DNA from: Octopus vulgaris
Lineage: Eukaryota
Reading direction: 5' to 3'
Length of the DNA: 64,000 bases
Assembly (NCBI GenBank): GCA_951406725.2
Contig: OX597822.1
Span: 6,882,001-6,946,000, forward strand
Below are positions 41,074 through 54,774 of this stretch, one piece after another (the first letter of the stretch is position 1; each line of letters starts with the position of its first letter). The position numbers and the translations under genes were made by a program. The notes beneath the pieces were generated by a model. It did no database searches, was not told where the DNA came from, and saw nothing but the letters and a program-made list of their open reading frames with translations.

Positions 41074-41716
41074 GTTTAAATATTTGTTGTGCAAGATTTT
41101 TTATGTAAAGACGTGTGTTGAAACAGATATTGTTATATTTCGGAATGGTCATATTGCCAGTTTAGCCAATAAATAACTATATATATATTTTTTTTCGATT
41201 CGATTTATTATTATTATTACTAGTATTGTTGTTATACATACATACATACATACATACATACATACATACAAGCATATGTAATGATATTAATAAGTGGATG
41301 TAAACACAAGAACAAGGTAAGAATGAACAAAAACAACAAAAACAAAAAACAAAATACAAATTACATGAACATATATAATCAGAAGATACAAATATTACAG
41401 GCATCCCCCCCACATACACACACTAAATGAACATAAACGCACATAGAGATATAAGCATGCGCAAATGAAGACATACAATAGAAATACAAAATGGCTGACG
41501 GTTAGTAAGGAGAGACACAAATAAGAAAGAAGAAAACAAAGGACCACTGATGCGGTCACAGGAGTGTAACGAAAGAACTCTGGCCGAAATAAGATTAAGA
41601 TTAATGTAAAAAATAAATAACACTGAAGCAAAATAACACCAAATATATAGTGCGTGTGTTTTTATTAGCTAACTGTGTTTATTGCAAAATGACCATTCCG
41701 AAATATAACAATATAT
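41072..41716 (+). mobile_element. Fold-back PLE terminal repeat with short hammerhead-like motif (41544-41583)
   Basis: ~41127-41173 is inverted against ~41660-41714. Motif: cca-CTGATGC-ggtcac-aggagt-gtaac-GAAA-GAAC-TC-tgg. Confidence 0.7.
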
Positions 41717-41789
41717 ATATATAAATGCATATAGTATTCTTAAATGGGTACGTCCTACATGTACCCGTTTAAGAATACCATATTCAGCA

Positions 41790-42145
41790 ATGATAACTGT
41801 ATGGTATGTAGAATTAGCCCTGCTATAAACTGTAGAACTCGAAATGTAGTTTACAGCATAAGATGCATAGAAGGTGCTTGTAAGGACATGAACATGACGT
41901 ACATAGGGGAAACGTCTAGGAGCACTGCGGAACGGATAAATGAACACATAAGACAATATGACGACAGAAAACAGTCCTCTATACTCTACCAACATGTCAA
42001 AGACCACCATGGAGGTAACTTGGGTAAACTTGACATCCGCATCTTATCCAAGCACCCAAAAGACCCAACACTCACACAAATACGGAAGTACGTCCTTTTA
42101 AATGAAACCTCCTCAATACTAAATAGGAAATATACACAAGTGTAA
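41790..42145 (+). pseudogene. PLE GIY-YIG endonuclease fragment (different clade)
   Basis: CMVC...NCRTRNVVYSIRC...C...TYIGETSRSTAERINEH...SILYQHVKDHH...ILNRK. Confidence 0.88.
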
Positions 42146-42249
42146 GGTTTCCAGAGCATCCATTATTTTTTTTTTGTAATAAAGTCAATAGTAGATTTGC
42201 GCCTTCTGTTTAGGTTTCTTATTTGCGATACAATTACTATTACTGACTT

Positions 42250-44147
42250 CTTAGTACTAACTTAATATTAACTTTATGGAACATCCTACTTGTGACCTGC
42301 GCAACGTAATTGCGTTTAGGCTTCTCAGACTAGACGTTTCTGAAGAAGTATCAGCGTGTGTGCGCGTGTCGATAGGGGCTGGTGAATTTGACGCATGGGT
42401 GTGTATGTGTAAACGTATGGATGATGGTGAGACTGCTGGGAATTGATCAGTGCTAGTGTGCGGGGTGGTGCGATGTCGTGTGAGATGGTGGTGGGTGATA
42501 TGGGGTGGGTGCTGGTAAGTAGCAAATGCTAGTGTGTGCAGGGTCATGCGATGTGGTGTGGTGGTGTGGTTTGGTGATGTATGGTCTGTTGTGTGTTGTA
42601 TTGTTGTGTGATGGTGTAGTGTGGGGTGGGTGTGGTGGTGTGGTGTTGGCGTGGGTGGGGTGTGGGTTGGAGATGAGTATGAGGGTAGGAGTGAGGGTAC
42701 GCGGGTAGGGATGGGGTATGTGGGAGTGAGGTGTGAGTGTGGGACTGGGATATGTGGGAATGGGGTCGGGTGGGATGCGATGTATAGAGATGGTGGGTTG
42801 GGACGCGTAGGGGTGGCGTAGCGATGAAGGCGTGACGATGAAGGGAGCGGGTGGAAGGGAGTAGGTGGGTAGGAGTGAAGAGATGATGAAGATGTGAGAG
42901 GAAGAGAGAGGACATGAGAGGAGTTAGATGAGGTGCAAATGAGCGAAGAGAGAAGATTAATTCTTGTTCATGGCGCAGACGGGATTTCGGATGGCCCCTG
43001 TGCAAGGACAATCCGAACAGAGACAGGATTTGTAAAGAATAACTGGTAGAGCGGAATGGCGTGAAACCGGGGCGTCGTGACTGAATCTGATGTCTCGGAG
43101 GTGTTCTGCGAACCGGTCAGCTAAGCGGCGTCCCGTGTGACCGATGTACAGAGAAGGACAGGGAGAGAGCAGAAGATGTAGTAAATGACGTTACTAGAAG
43201 TGCAGGTGAAGGGGTGAGTGATATGATAAGGTCGATGATGGCTGTGAGGATGTTGGTGTTGGAGAGGTAGAGTCAAGTGCGGCAGTGTAGGCGGGAGCAG
43301 AGAAACGAGCCGGGATGTGAGGTGGGGTTAAAGAAGAAACTGTGGACCAGGAAGTCACGTAGGTTGTGGGCTCGTTTGATGGAGCGGAGGGGTAGGTTAG
43401 GAAAGATGTGCGAAGAGGAGGAGACGGAGTGGAATCGCCGTAAGGCTCGGAGAATAGTGCGTTGGAGAGGTAGGGTGGATAGGTGGTAGGTGAGGTGAAA
43501 CGGGAGACAGGTGTCGGCGGGGCGGGTGCGCTGAGAGTGAGCAGACGCATGGTCCACGGAACGTGCTCTTGCAAAGGCAGTGTGGATAGTAGTGAGGGGA
43601 TATCCACGAAGGATGAAGAGCTGAGCCATAAATTGAGACTGAGTCTCAAAGTTATGGTTGGCACTGCAGGGCCTGCGCAGACAGGGAAGTTGAGAGTAGG
43701 GGACGGAGAGCTTGGTGTGTTTAGTGTGGGAAGAGAAGTTGAGGTATGAGTGTGAGTCGGTGTGTTCGTAGTGGATGAAGGTGGTGAGAGTGGAGCGATG
43801 AATGCTGACCGAAATGTCTAAAAAGGCGATGGGAGTATTGGAAATAGTGGAGGAGAATTCGAGGGCAGGATGGAAAGATTTCACAAAAGAGAGGAAGGAG
43901 TTTAGTTGTTCGCGGCAGAGCGAGGTCGCACCGATACAGTCAATATAACGACCGTGAAGTTCGGGAGTGGGACCAGTGAATCTTGAGAATATTTGGGCCT
44001 CAACGTATCCAACGAACAGGTTCGCATAGTTGTGGACCATTCTCTTTCCCATGGCCACTCCTGAACATGTTGGTAAAAATCACTCGCGAGCGAGAGGCAG
44101 TTAGGGGAGAGGTCAAGTTCGGCCAGACGAAGAAGTGTGGATGCGTC
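42250..44147 (-). mobile_element. 5'-truncated GC-richer Penelope-like element: RT, thumb, GIY-YIG and CA-rich 3' region
   Basis: GVAMGKRM..NYANLFVGYVE, GRYID, AFLDISV, TDSHSYLNFSSH, RGYP, FTCTSSNVIYYIFC...LYIGHTGRRLADRFAEH, EQELIFSL. Frameshifted. Confidence 0.92.
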
Positions 44148-44300
44148 ACACACACAAACACACACGTATATATGAGTGTATGTGTGTGTGTATCTGTAAT
44201 TTCTCGTTGAGAATGTGTTTCTCACTTACATGATCACTTAAATCCTCGACGCCATGAATGTTATCCACCCAAAATTTGAACCACCATATCTATGTATCTA

Positions 44301-44390
<90 letters not shown>

Positions 44391-45227
44391 CCTACCTATC
44401 TATCTCTCTGTCTCTTTATATACATAAATGTGTGAGTGTACCAGTGCCCGTGTGTGCACGTGTAAATTAATTTGCCTAAACAGTAAATGTGCAGAAGGCT
44501 TTCAGGTAGAAATCATACGTAATTTGAAGGTGCCACCTATTTGCGCTCATTTCAAATTAGATTTACTGGGTAAGAATATTTGTTCTTGTGTTCAACTCAT
44601 ACAGTTACAAAATTATAAGTAAGTAGTTTAGTCAACCATAATAAAGCTGGAATGCTCTATCGAATTCAGTATGAGAGACATCAGACGCAAACAACACCGC
44701 ACACACATCAAGACATACATGCACAAACATATATTTACATGCAGGCATATAATTATATAAATATATGCGTAAGCACCCGCTAATTGTTTTGACACATTCA
44801 TATGTACCTAACCGCCTCAACACAACTTTGCAGAACCTAGAATTTCACAGAATGGACTTGATTAATTGGAATTTCGCACTGATAACTTATTTATAGAACT
44901 GTGAAAATTAGTACAACATTCCAGATGCTTCCTTAAACAATCTCGTTACATGTTACTATACAAACCTTTCTAGATATGAACACATACTCTCATACATATG
45001 TAAAGACATATATACGTACATAGGTAAGGCTACATGAAAACAAACACACAAACACACACATACGTGCATATGTGTATGTATGTGTATACACTCAGACAAA
45101 CACACACATATGTATATACATACTTACAAATACATACAAACACACACACGCACGAACACACTCACATAGCTACATACATATCTATCTATCCATCCATCCA
45201 TCCGTCCATCCATCCAGCTATACATTT

Positions 45228-45445
45228 TGTCTTTTACTGTTTTACTTGTTTCAGTAATTTGACTGCGGCCATGCTGGAGCACAGACTTAAAGTTTTTTAG
45301 TCGACGAAATCGACCCCAGGACTTTATACGTCAAAGCGTAATCCTTATTCTATCGGTCTCCTTCGCTGAATCGCTATTTTACAAGGACATAAATACACCG
45401 GAGTCAGTTGTCAAGCAATATCGTGGGACGAACACAAATGCACAC
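45228..45445 (-). mobile_element. SINE family A, 3' half, diverged
   Basis: TTTTACTTGTTTCAGT..GACTGCGGCCATGCTGGAGCAC...TATTCTATCGGTCTC. Confidence 0.8.
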
Positions 45446-45457
45446 ACACACATAAAG

Positions 45458-45499
<42 letters not shown>

Positions 45500-45839
45500 G
45501 TATATATATACATATATGTATATATATATATATCTAAATACATATATGTATATATACGTACTTATAAAATAGTCAATCAATAATCATCAACCAATCCATC
45601 TTTACACACATATGTGCGTATAGAAATTAATGATTATTCGCAAATGCATCAACATGCCGACACATGTGCGCCGCGTCACATGTCGAAGGTTATGGTTTTC
45701 TACTCGAGGTACAGGCGATAACTGAAAATAACTGTATTCTGGATAAAGGAAACAGGGTATCTAATGAACGGGCAAGATGCAAACGGAAATGTCAGCGACA
45801 TTACTCATTGTGGAAGGCATTATATTTCTAATCAGCAGT

Positions 45840-46242
45840 TCTTTTATTCTTTTACTTGTTTCAGTCATTTGACTGCGGCCATGCTGGAGCACCGCCTTTA
45901 ATCGAGCAACTCGACCCTGGGACTTATTCTTTTGTAAGCCCAGTACTTATTCTATCAGTCTCTTTTGCCGAACCGCTAAGTAACGGGGACATAAACACAC
46001 CAGCATCGGTTGTCAAGCAATGCTAGGGGGACAAACACAGACACACAAACACACACACGCATATATATATATATACATATATACGACGGGCTTCTTTCAG
46101 TTTCCGTCTACCAAATCCACTCACAAGGCTTTGGTCGGCCCGAGACTATAGTGGAAGACACTTGCCTAAGATGCCACGCAGCGGGACTGAACCCGGAACC
46201 ATGTGGTTGGTAAGCAAGTTACTTACCACACAGCTACTCCTG
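45840..46242 (-). mobile_element. SINE family A
   Basis: Near full-length copy with tRNA-like head and AAAAGA-type tail. Confidence 0.92.
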
Positions 46243-46510
46243 TCCAGAAATGTAATAAATGTTGTAGATTCTATTGCAATATGATGTCGTTGCAAAAACA
46301 ATACACAGTGCTACTGGGGGAAAACTGGGATAACGATAGAAACGCAATTGTTACGGAATTTATTCATTCCCACACAAATATAAAATATTAGTGGAAACAT
46401 ATCCTCAAAATACCTGCAAGCGTAAAGGTTTTGTTATGTTGTATGCGGAATTCAAAATGAAATGAATAACGGATAGTCGTTGAACTTAGCTGCTTTGCTG
46501 ATCTGAATAT

Positions 46511-46585
46511 TTCAACCATGTTTCGTGGTCTGTTACCACAACAGCTCCTTTATAGGATCCAGTTAGCTCAAGACATCATCAGGAG
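46511..46585 (-). ncRNA. Candidate long-stem-II hammerhead-like motif
   Basis: ctc-CTGATGA-tgtct..agct...agct..agaccac-GAAA-CATG-gttga. The core is intact but stem I and stem II are imperfect. Confidence 0.4.
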
Positions 46586-47469
46586 AAACCATGTCCAGTT
46601 TCAGCCCCTACTCCTCTACCGTTTTGACGTGGTGGGCCGCCCACCTTTCGGAGGTGTCTTCAGCTCTGGTGTTGGGTGCATGTCTTCGATGTACCATCAA
46701 CGAGTGTCAGCCGGTGACTGACTGACTTCTCAAATTTTTCCCTTCAAATACCTACCGCAAGGCTCCAGCAGGCAGCCCCAGCAAGTTGTCACGTGACACT
46801 GTCTCACCTTAACTGACTAGGGAAGGCGCGTATTTCTTCTAAAATAAACGAGGGGAGCAATATTGGGGGACAGGTCCATTAAGACCAGCTTCTCTAACTC
46901 CATTAAAAGTACATATAAACAATACTAATTGTTTGTGTCCTGTATCATGTTAGTAAATAGTCAGTGGTTTGCATTAAAATTCGGTGTACGAAAATGAAGT
47001 ATCATTAAATTTATATTGCCATTTTAAATATTATTGAATGCATGCCACACTTTTGCTACAAAGGAGGCGACAATTTACGTCTATGTCTGCGACACCACGA
47101 AACACATATGGCGATCTCATTAACTGGTAGCAATACGACTTTTGTTCTCCCTCCGGTATATAAAGTATCTTTCTACACACCACATCTATAAGAAATTTAA
47201 TCTTGGAGAATTGTTTTGTCAGTATCTTATCTTTCAAAGGTGTATGTATGCAAAGTATAATAGATACATGTCACTCTTTCTCTCTCTCTCACTCTCTTAA
47301 CTCTTTCTCTCTCTCACACACACACAAACACACACACACATATATATATGGTAATTGCCGAACGATAAAATGAAATTTGAACACCACATTGCTGGATATA
47401 TAATTTCTTTATTTGTGAATTAAATTAGATAATATATGACATATCAGAGCACACTCGAATCTTACCCGA

Positions 47470-49235
47470 TACATGTGCAGTAGCGCAACTATTAAATGTT
47501 TCACGAAAACAGAAGATAAGCCCAAATGCAAATTCATACAATTCGACATCGGAGAGTTCTACACCTCGATCTCAAAAAGCTTGCTTGAGAAGAAACTTGA
47601 ATTAAGTAAATCATATAGACATAATTGTCAACGCAAGGAAGTCATTACACGTTCGTGATAATTCCTACTGAGTAAAAAAGAATGGAGACGAAGAATTTGA
47701 CGTGGCAATGGTGAACTATGACGGTGCAGAGATAGCTGAACTTGTAGGCCTTTATATCGTAGATGCCCTTAAAAAAATAAAAGAAGCTAACATAGGTTTA
47801 TTTAGCGATGATGGCCTGAGAATGAAAACGGACATGATATGGATAGAATACTCTTTTACTTGTTTTAGTCATTTGATTAATGCCATGCTGGAGCACCGGC
47901 TCTAATCGAGCAACTCGACCCCGGGACTTATTCTTTGTAAGCCTAGTACTTATTCTATCGGTCTCTTTTTGCCGAACCGCTAAGTGATGCGGACATAAAC
48001 ACACCAGCATCGGTTGTCAAGCAATACTAGGGGGACAAACACAGACACACAAACATACACACACATACATATATATATATATATATCCGACATGCTTCTT
48101 TCAGTTTCCGTCTACCAAATCCACTCACAAGGCATTGATCGGCCCGAGGCTATAGCAGAAGATACTTGCCCAAGATGCCACGAAGTGGGACTGAACCCGG
48201 AACCATGTGGTTGGCAAGCAAGCTACTTACCACACAGCCACTCCTGCGCCTATAGAATAGGGAGACTATTATGCAAAATGTTTAGCTAAATAGACCTAAG
48301 AACCACAATTAGTAGAAACCATAAAGAAGTCAACTTCCTAGGCATTAACATGAATCTCAACTGGAAAAGTGAAACCCTGCAACAAAGAAAATGAGGAAGC
48401 CTCGTACATAGGCGTAGGTTCCAACCAGCCACCAGCTGTAATTAAGCAAATAATTAACAACATTAGCAAGCGGGTCTTCAATTTATCCGTCGATAAACGT
48501 ACTTTTGAAAAAGCCGCCCATTTTATAATTCTGCATTAGTAATGTCCAACTTGAAGAATAGCATACCCTACATGGTCCCAAATATAAATAGACCAAGAAG
48601 ACACAGACAGAGGAAAATCTTATGGTTTAACCCACCATATAGCATGAATGTAGCTAGTAACCTAAATAGGAAATTCTTAAAACGAATTGACAAACACTTT
48701 CCACTTCCACACAAGTACCACAAGCTGTTCAACAGAAACACCGTTAAAGTTAACTATAGTTGTTTCCCCAATATATGAGCAATAGTACTTAATCACAATA
48801 AGCACAAACACACCAGAAACACTCCAGAAAGACAATACAACTACATACCACAAACCACTGCCTTCTGAACAACAACTGTCACAAGAAAGAATTCGCATAC
48901 ATGGCCAAGATGTCGGACCCCAATGGAACAGCAAAGATGTATATCGGAATGACAGGCAAAGGTATATACAAAAACTTGTATCATTCAGAGACAACGAAAG
49001 ACATACGACATTCCTTTCAAATATGATATGGACATTGAAAGATGGTGGAATAAGCAACCACCAGATGGAATGGAAAATCATTGTTAAAGCCCCAAAATAA
49101 AGAGGACGGTGTACCAGATGCGAACTCTGTATTACTGAAAAATTAAACATTGTACAAACAACAGATAACATCTTAAACATTAGGGATGAAAGGATTTCTC
49201 CCTGCGTACACAAGCAATATTTTGCACTCAAATAT
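47470..49235 (+). pseudogene. Decayed PLE RT plus GIY-YIG (Hydra-like), interrupted by a SINE
   Basis: KFIQFDIGEFYTSIS; FDVAMVNYDGAEIAELVGLY; GLFSDDGL; VNFLGINMNL; ILWFNPPYSMNV; KLFNRNTVKVNYSC; IWTLKD; RCELCITEK. Confidence 0.9.
47851..48251 (-). mobile_element. Full-length SINE family A with 8-bp TSD
   Basis: ATAGAATA at 47843-47850 and 48252-48259; head AGGCGCAGGAGTGGCTGTGTGGTAAG...GGTTCAGTCCC. Confidence 0.95.
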
Positions 49236-49409
49236 ATCAAAGAAAACCCCTATAAACCAGGATAATGCTATCGGGTTAGCCCCTTTCCTAAACGTGAACA
49301 CACATAGCATACAAACTACACAGAATGAATGTGCCCCAATGAAATACAACCTCAACATACAAGTAGAAAACTAACTATACTCTGAACGAAAACAAATATT
49401 GAAAATATT

Positions 49410-49476
<67 letters not shown>

Positions 49477-49511
49477 CAATAATGATACATGTATGTACGA
49501 ATGTGTGCGTG

Positions 49512-49566
<55 letters not shown>

Positions 49567-49582
49567 ACAAATGTGTGTGTAA

Positions 49583-49653
<71 letters not shown>

Positions 49654-49698
49654 CACATACACATATATATACATACATATATATATACATACATACAT

Positions 49699-49733
<35 letters not shown>

Positions 49734-49928
49734 CACATACATTCAATACATACATACGCACATAAATATTAGGTCTAATATATTTAAGAAATGATCGCCG
49801 GCTATTAAGCTGATTATGGTCATACAAAAATAAATGATATCGATAAATATTAATTTATTATAGACACGAACAATAATAAATATGAAATTAGTACACACAT
49901 ACATTCGCAAACACACACGCTCATACAC

Positions 49929-50044
<116 letters not shown>

Positions 50045-50357
50045 CGTCATGCGTTTTGCTTTTGCTATATGAAATTAATTATGTTCGCCTTCATCATACT
50101 ATTAAAGGCATAAGTTGTCTTGTTTCCACTGATATGTGAATAATATCAAAAATTAATATTATTACTGTATTCTTACAATAAATATTATTAGAAATATTAA
50201 TCAATTGAAATGATCGTGAAAATAATGATGGCAATGACAACTCTTTTTTAGCATTGATCTTTCTAAATACTAGCAAAATATTAATAGAGATGCAGCCATA
50301 CTAACGACGATAAATAAGAACATGTTAATCCAGTTATACGTAAGTATATACATATAT

Positions 50358-50665
50358 ATATCACGTGATCACGTGACCGACCAGACCATCATATGTTGTT
50401 ACACATCGCTGGTCACAATGCGTTCGCATTGTATTAGCCTTCGAATGACGCCACCCCGCTGGCTAAGCGAGCAGGCCAACAGAAGAAAGAGTGGGAGAAA
50501 GAGTGGTGAAAGAGTACAGCAGGGATCACCCCCCCCCTGCCGGAGCCTCGTGCAGCTTTTAGGTGTTTTCGCTTAATAAACACACAACGCCCGGTCTGGG
50601 AATCGAAACTGCGATCCTGCGACCGCGAGTCCGCTGCCCCAATCACTAGGCCATTGCGCCTCCAC
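50358..50665 (-). mobile_element. tRNA-derived SINE family D (tRNA-Arg-like head)
   Basis: Minus strand GGCGCAATGGCCTAGTGATT..GCAGCGGACTCGCGGTCG...GTTTCGATTCCC has A- and B-box-like motifs; it ends in GTCACGTGATCACGTGA within (TA)n. Confidence 0.8.
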
Positions 50666-50669
50666 ATAC

Positions 50670-50779
<110 letters not shown>

Positions 50780-51998
50780 GTACATATGTATACATATATA
50801 CATACTTTTGTGTGTTTACCATTCATAATAGGATTGGTGTTTTAGAATTCCTAATAATTACTAATGGTTAATTATTAATAATGTAATAATGTTGATAGCA
50901 GTTTTAGCTACGTCTCTGAGGCAGGAGTAAGTAAAGATGAATACTATAAGAGCGATAGTGATGCTGATTGTGATGATGCTAAAGATATGATAGAAATGTG
51001 AATGAGAAGATAATATCGGATTATATGATTTAATCATATTATTAGGGCTGCAGAAATCAGACAGATAAAACATAACAAGTTTCCATATAGTTAACGTTTG
51101 TCTATTCAAATGAGAAAGAGGTATTTTATTATTTGTTAATGTATTGCTATACTGTACCAATGTAAAGAAATAGAGGTCTCTCTATGTAATGTTGGATACT
51201 GTTCAAGGTATTTGCAAGTCGTTCCTCTTCATGTTTTTCTTGTGGTATACAATGTGTTTTAATATGTTGAGTGAATATTGTTTATATGGGGTGTGTAATA
51301 TTTGTAATAAACCTGCAGTATATATATGATATATTAGCTATCTACTATCCTGCGTCATATAATGGTCTACAATTTTGGTCGCTCTTGGAGATGTTATTCT
51401 TGTACAATGTTATTTTCTTAGATGTCTAATTTGAAGGTCTCTATTTACAAAGAGAAGTTTTCTATTTCCTCAGTACAAAGACTGCGCTTTGTAACTTGTC
51501 ACTGTGTGGTGTGGTTTCAGCCAATAATGTCCCAGGGCAAAGTATACGCTTGAATCTTTTAAACACCAGTATCTTTATAATGTAGTCGTGTTCATCCTTC
51601 CTATGTGTCCTGAATGGTCAAAGTTGTGAGATGCCACAACTTGATATATAACAACGCGATATATAGCATATGATTTCCCAGACTTTCACGTTAACGGGAT
51701 AATTTTACCGATTTATACAGGTACTTCGAACTGTAGGCTTCACAAATATTCACTGTTCTATTAACATTAGCCATATTTCCGGAGGATATGTTTTGCGTTT
51801 CATTAGGTTGGTATGTTCGTAGAAAAGATAGTTTAACCGGACTTTTATGGAAGATATGAATGAACTTAAACTCTAAACAGAAGTCTCTAGCAGGGAGTAG
51901 AATATCTTAACTTTGCTGTAGTAACTTGCTTCTCTTCAAGTGGGATGGAACAATTTACTTATTATGTATATGTACATGCATATATATATATATGTATA

Positions 51999-52087
<89 letters not shown>

Positions 52088-52089
52088 TA

Positions 52090-52287
52090 CAAATGTGACC
52101 GCGTGTGTACCTTTGGGGATTTTTTCCCTCTGTCTTCCCTTCACTGGACCTTTCCTTCTCCTATATTTCCGACGAAGAGCTCCGCTCGAAACGTTAAACC
52201 CTCCTTCTTTCCTGAGCGTCCAATAATGCTATATTTGTTCCACGTCCTCGCGTTGTTGTGTTTTTTTGTGCTTTCTTGTTTGGATTA

Positions 52288-52292
<5 letters not shown>
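52090..52292 (+). mobile_element. PLE terminal fragment in (TA)n with short hammerhead-like motif (52166-52198)
   Basis: ttt-CCGACGA-A-GAGC-tcc-GCTC-GAAA-CG-TT-aaa. The downstream TTCCTGAGCGT...AATA is shared with 12430 and 63750. Confidence 0.72.
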
Positions 52293-52355
<63 letters not shown>

Positions 52356-52504
52356 CATACATACATATTATATATGTATGTATATAATATATGAATATGC
52401 ATAAATATATATATATATGTAGGGGTGTCAGGGTGTATCATACTTCGCCCATGCTTAGCAGTAATAATAACCTGGTGTTAGAACTCAAAATAAATTAAAA
52501 CGGG

Positions 52505-52666
52505 ATCGGAAAGTATCGATGGGCCACACTTTCGCGGTCCGTATTCGTACTGAAAATCGAGATCGAGCGAGCTTTTGCCCTTTTGCTCGACGTGTGGTTT
52601 CCGTCCACGCTGAGCTCGCCTTGGGATACCTGCGTTGCCGTTTCACAGACGTACCGCTCAGTCGAA
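52505..52666 (-). pseudogene. 28S: 28S rRNA gene fragment (domain V region)
   Basis: Minus strand GACTGAGCGGTAC..CTGT.AAACGG.AACGCAGGT.TCC.AAGGCGAGCTCAG...GAGCAAAAGGGCAAAAGCTCGCT.GATCT.GATTTTCAGTACGAATAC.GACCG.GAAAG matches conserved eukaryotic LSU rRNA. Confidence 0.92.
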
Positions 52667-53417
52667 TACAGTGTAATAAAAAGGAATTAATATAAGGAAG
52701 TAAAAAAAATTATATCATGAAAGTTTTTGTTGATTTTTTCACTTGTCTTTTAGCTATTACTCTGTTGTTGGGCTGTAATATCCACTGCATTCATTCATTC
52801 CAACCCAGAACATGGCCAACTATCAAAAACTCTGAAATTACATGTCTTGTACTGCCCTGTGCATATGCAGATCTTAAATAATATTAATATTAACGGCTTC
52901 AGTTTCACGAGCATCGGGGATCTTATAAGGAACATCAATGCTGGACATCTCTCCAGCTAAAATATATAAAGTAAATAGCATTTGCAGTGTTCTATATATC
53001 TAGCTCTGTAAGTCGCGCTCAACGAACAGTCTACGTTGAATTTTATATCGGTCATATATATAGTCTACATACCATCAGAGGAAAGCAGAGAGTACTGAAA
53101 TGAATTCACCATGTTTTATCAATTCAAATTTAATGTGAGGAAAGTGTTTTTGCTGCTAATTGACTCTGCAACGGTCTATTACCAACAATTGAAAACTGAA
53201 AATAGTTGCTGTCGCTTCCAACATTGATAATTTCGAACTCTATTAATATGACGTATTTTTAGACTCCATTAATAAATCGTATTATTCGATTTGAAGATTA
53301 GGAACTTCATTTCGTTAGGTTTAATCTATTCCAAGTTATTATTTCTCTCCATCTCCTATTTACTCTTTCCCTACTTCATTTGCTGCTGTATACATACATA
53401 CGTACATACACACAGAC

Positions 53418-53460
<43 letters not shown>

Positions 53461-53773
53461 CATGTATGTATTTATATACAAATATATGTGTGCGTATGTG
53501 TAGGTGTGTAACTAATACACATACACATATAAATGAACACAAACACATACATAGATATATTTGCGCAATTGTGTACGTGTATTTATATATATCTATTACT
53601 GATGTAACAGTTAGAGTTTATTAAATACATGAGAAAAGTTAAGGAATTACAAAATGAGAAAGACAATATATAATTGTATGAATGTATATGTGTGTAAGTA
53701 CGGATATATATGTGTTTGTGTATTATATGTCTATATATGTACATATCCCCCTCTCTCTCTCTCTTCCTCTCAT

Positions 53774-53833
<60 letters not shown>

Positions 53834-54209
53834 TTTCTGAGGTGTAGAAGATTGTAAGCTTTCCGGGTGTGTATGTGCGCCTGTGTGTTTGTCTTAAATA
53901 AATACTAAAATAATCTAGGAATATAAATACCCAGATATATAAAAAGACGCAAGACAGCTGCCGCAGTAAACAATCTGTGTAGTATGAGCCAAGATTTATT
54001 TTACTCTTTCACTGATTTTATTCATTGGACATCAACAATGTTAAAGCACTGCGTTGAACGTTTTCAGTGGACGCAATCTACTCCGGAATGTATTTTGATT
54101 TGAACGTCTGTTCTACCAGTGTCTCTATTTCGTCAGATAGCTACGTGATAAATATATATGACCATATATAATATGAAGATCGTGTTTACATACATACATA
54201 CATACATAC

Positions 54210-54774
54210 ATGCATGTGGTGGCTACCCCATACTCGTTATCGAGTATGGCTACTGCACGGACCTTAATCAATGTTGTTATCGTGCAATGCCTATGCAAGA
54301 ATATATTTTTTTATAGTGAGGAAAGGCTGTGCACTGAGTCAATCCCACTCACTAAGCAACAGCAGCCAAAATCCGAAAAGAAGAACAAGTCAACATCATC
54401 GGTAACCCACTGAGCCGCAGGTTTTATGTCGGAGTTATCCCAGTTACCTGAGTTACATTCTCCTAGAAGGATGCCCTAACAAAGGCTAGGTGTCCTTCAC
54501 TCACAATGGTTTAACCGCGCGATCGGGTATTCAGTCCGATTATTTCTATGTCCGCGCACAGGATACAGCCTTAAGACATTTATTGGATGGCTGTTGACTC
54601 TCAAGAGTTCCTCCGCCCTTTGACGGGTTTTGTTTTTCATCCTGCAGGGTGTCCAATAAACATCTTCCTCACCAAGCAAGCTTGGTGGGGTTGCCGCTTT
54701 AGTCGCCGACGACCCGATCATGCAGCAGGTTGTACTAGGTTACATGTTACCAGTAGCACTCGAAAGTGACCTGA
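54210..54774 (-). mobile_element. Probable 5' UTR or non-autonomous derivative of an RTE-type LINE inserted in (TACA)n
   Basis: GC-richer block bounded by TACA repeats on both sides. Minus-strand GGGCATCCTTCTAGGAGAA.GTAACTC resembles an RTE 5' UTR motif (from memory). Confidence 0.45.

Noticed and set aside
42320-42360. Hammerhead at the 3' end of the 42250-44147 PLE (ctgatac..GAAACGTC)
   Set aside because: The core and stems cannot be completed.
48170-48251. tRNA genes at SINE heads (also 50590-50665 and 25760-25810)
   Set aside because: No complete cloverleaf; each continues into a SINE body.
51530-51650. LTR-retrotransposon integrase zinc finger (H..SGHIG...RYW) on the minus strand
   Set aside because: Only a partial motif without the CxxC; too decayed to support.
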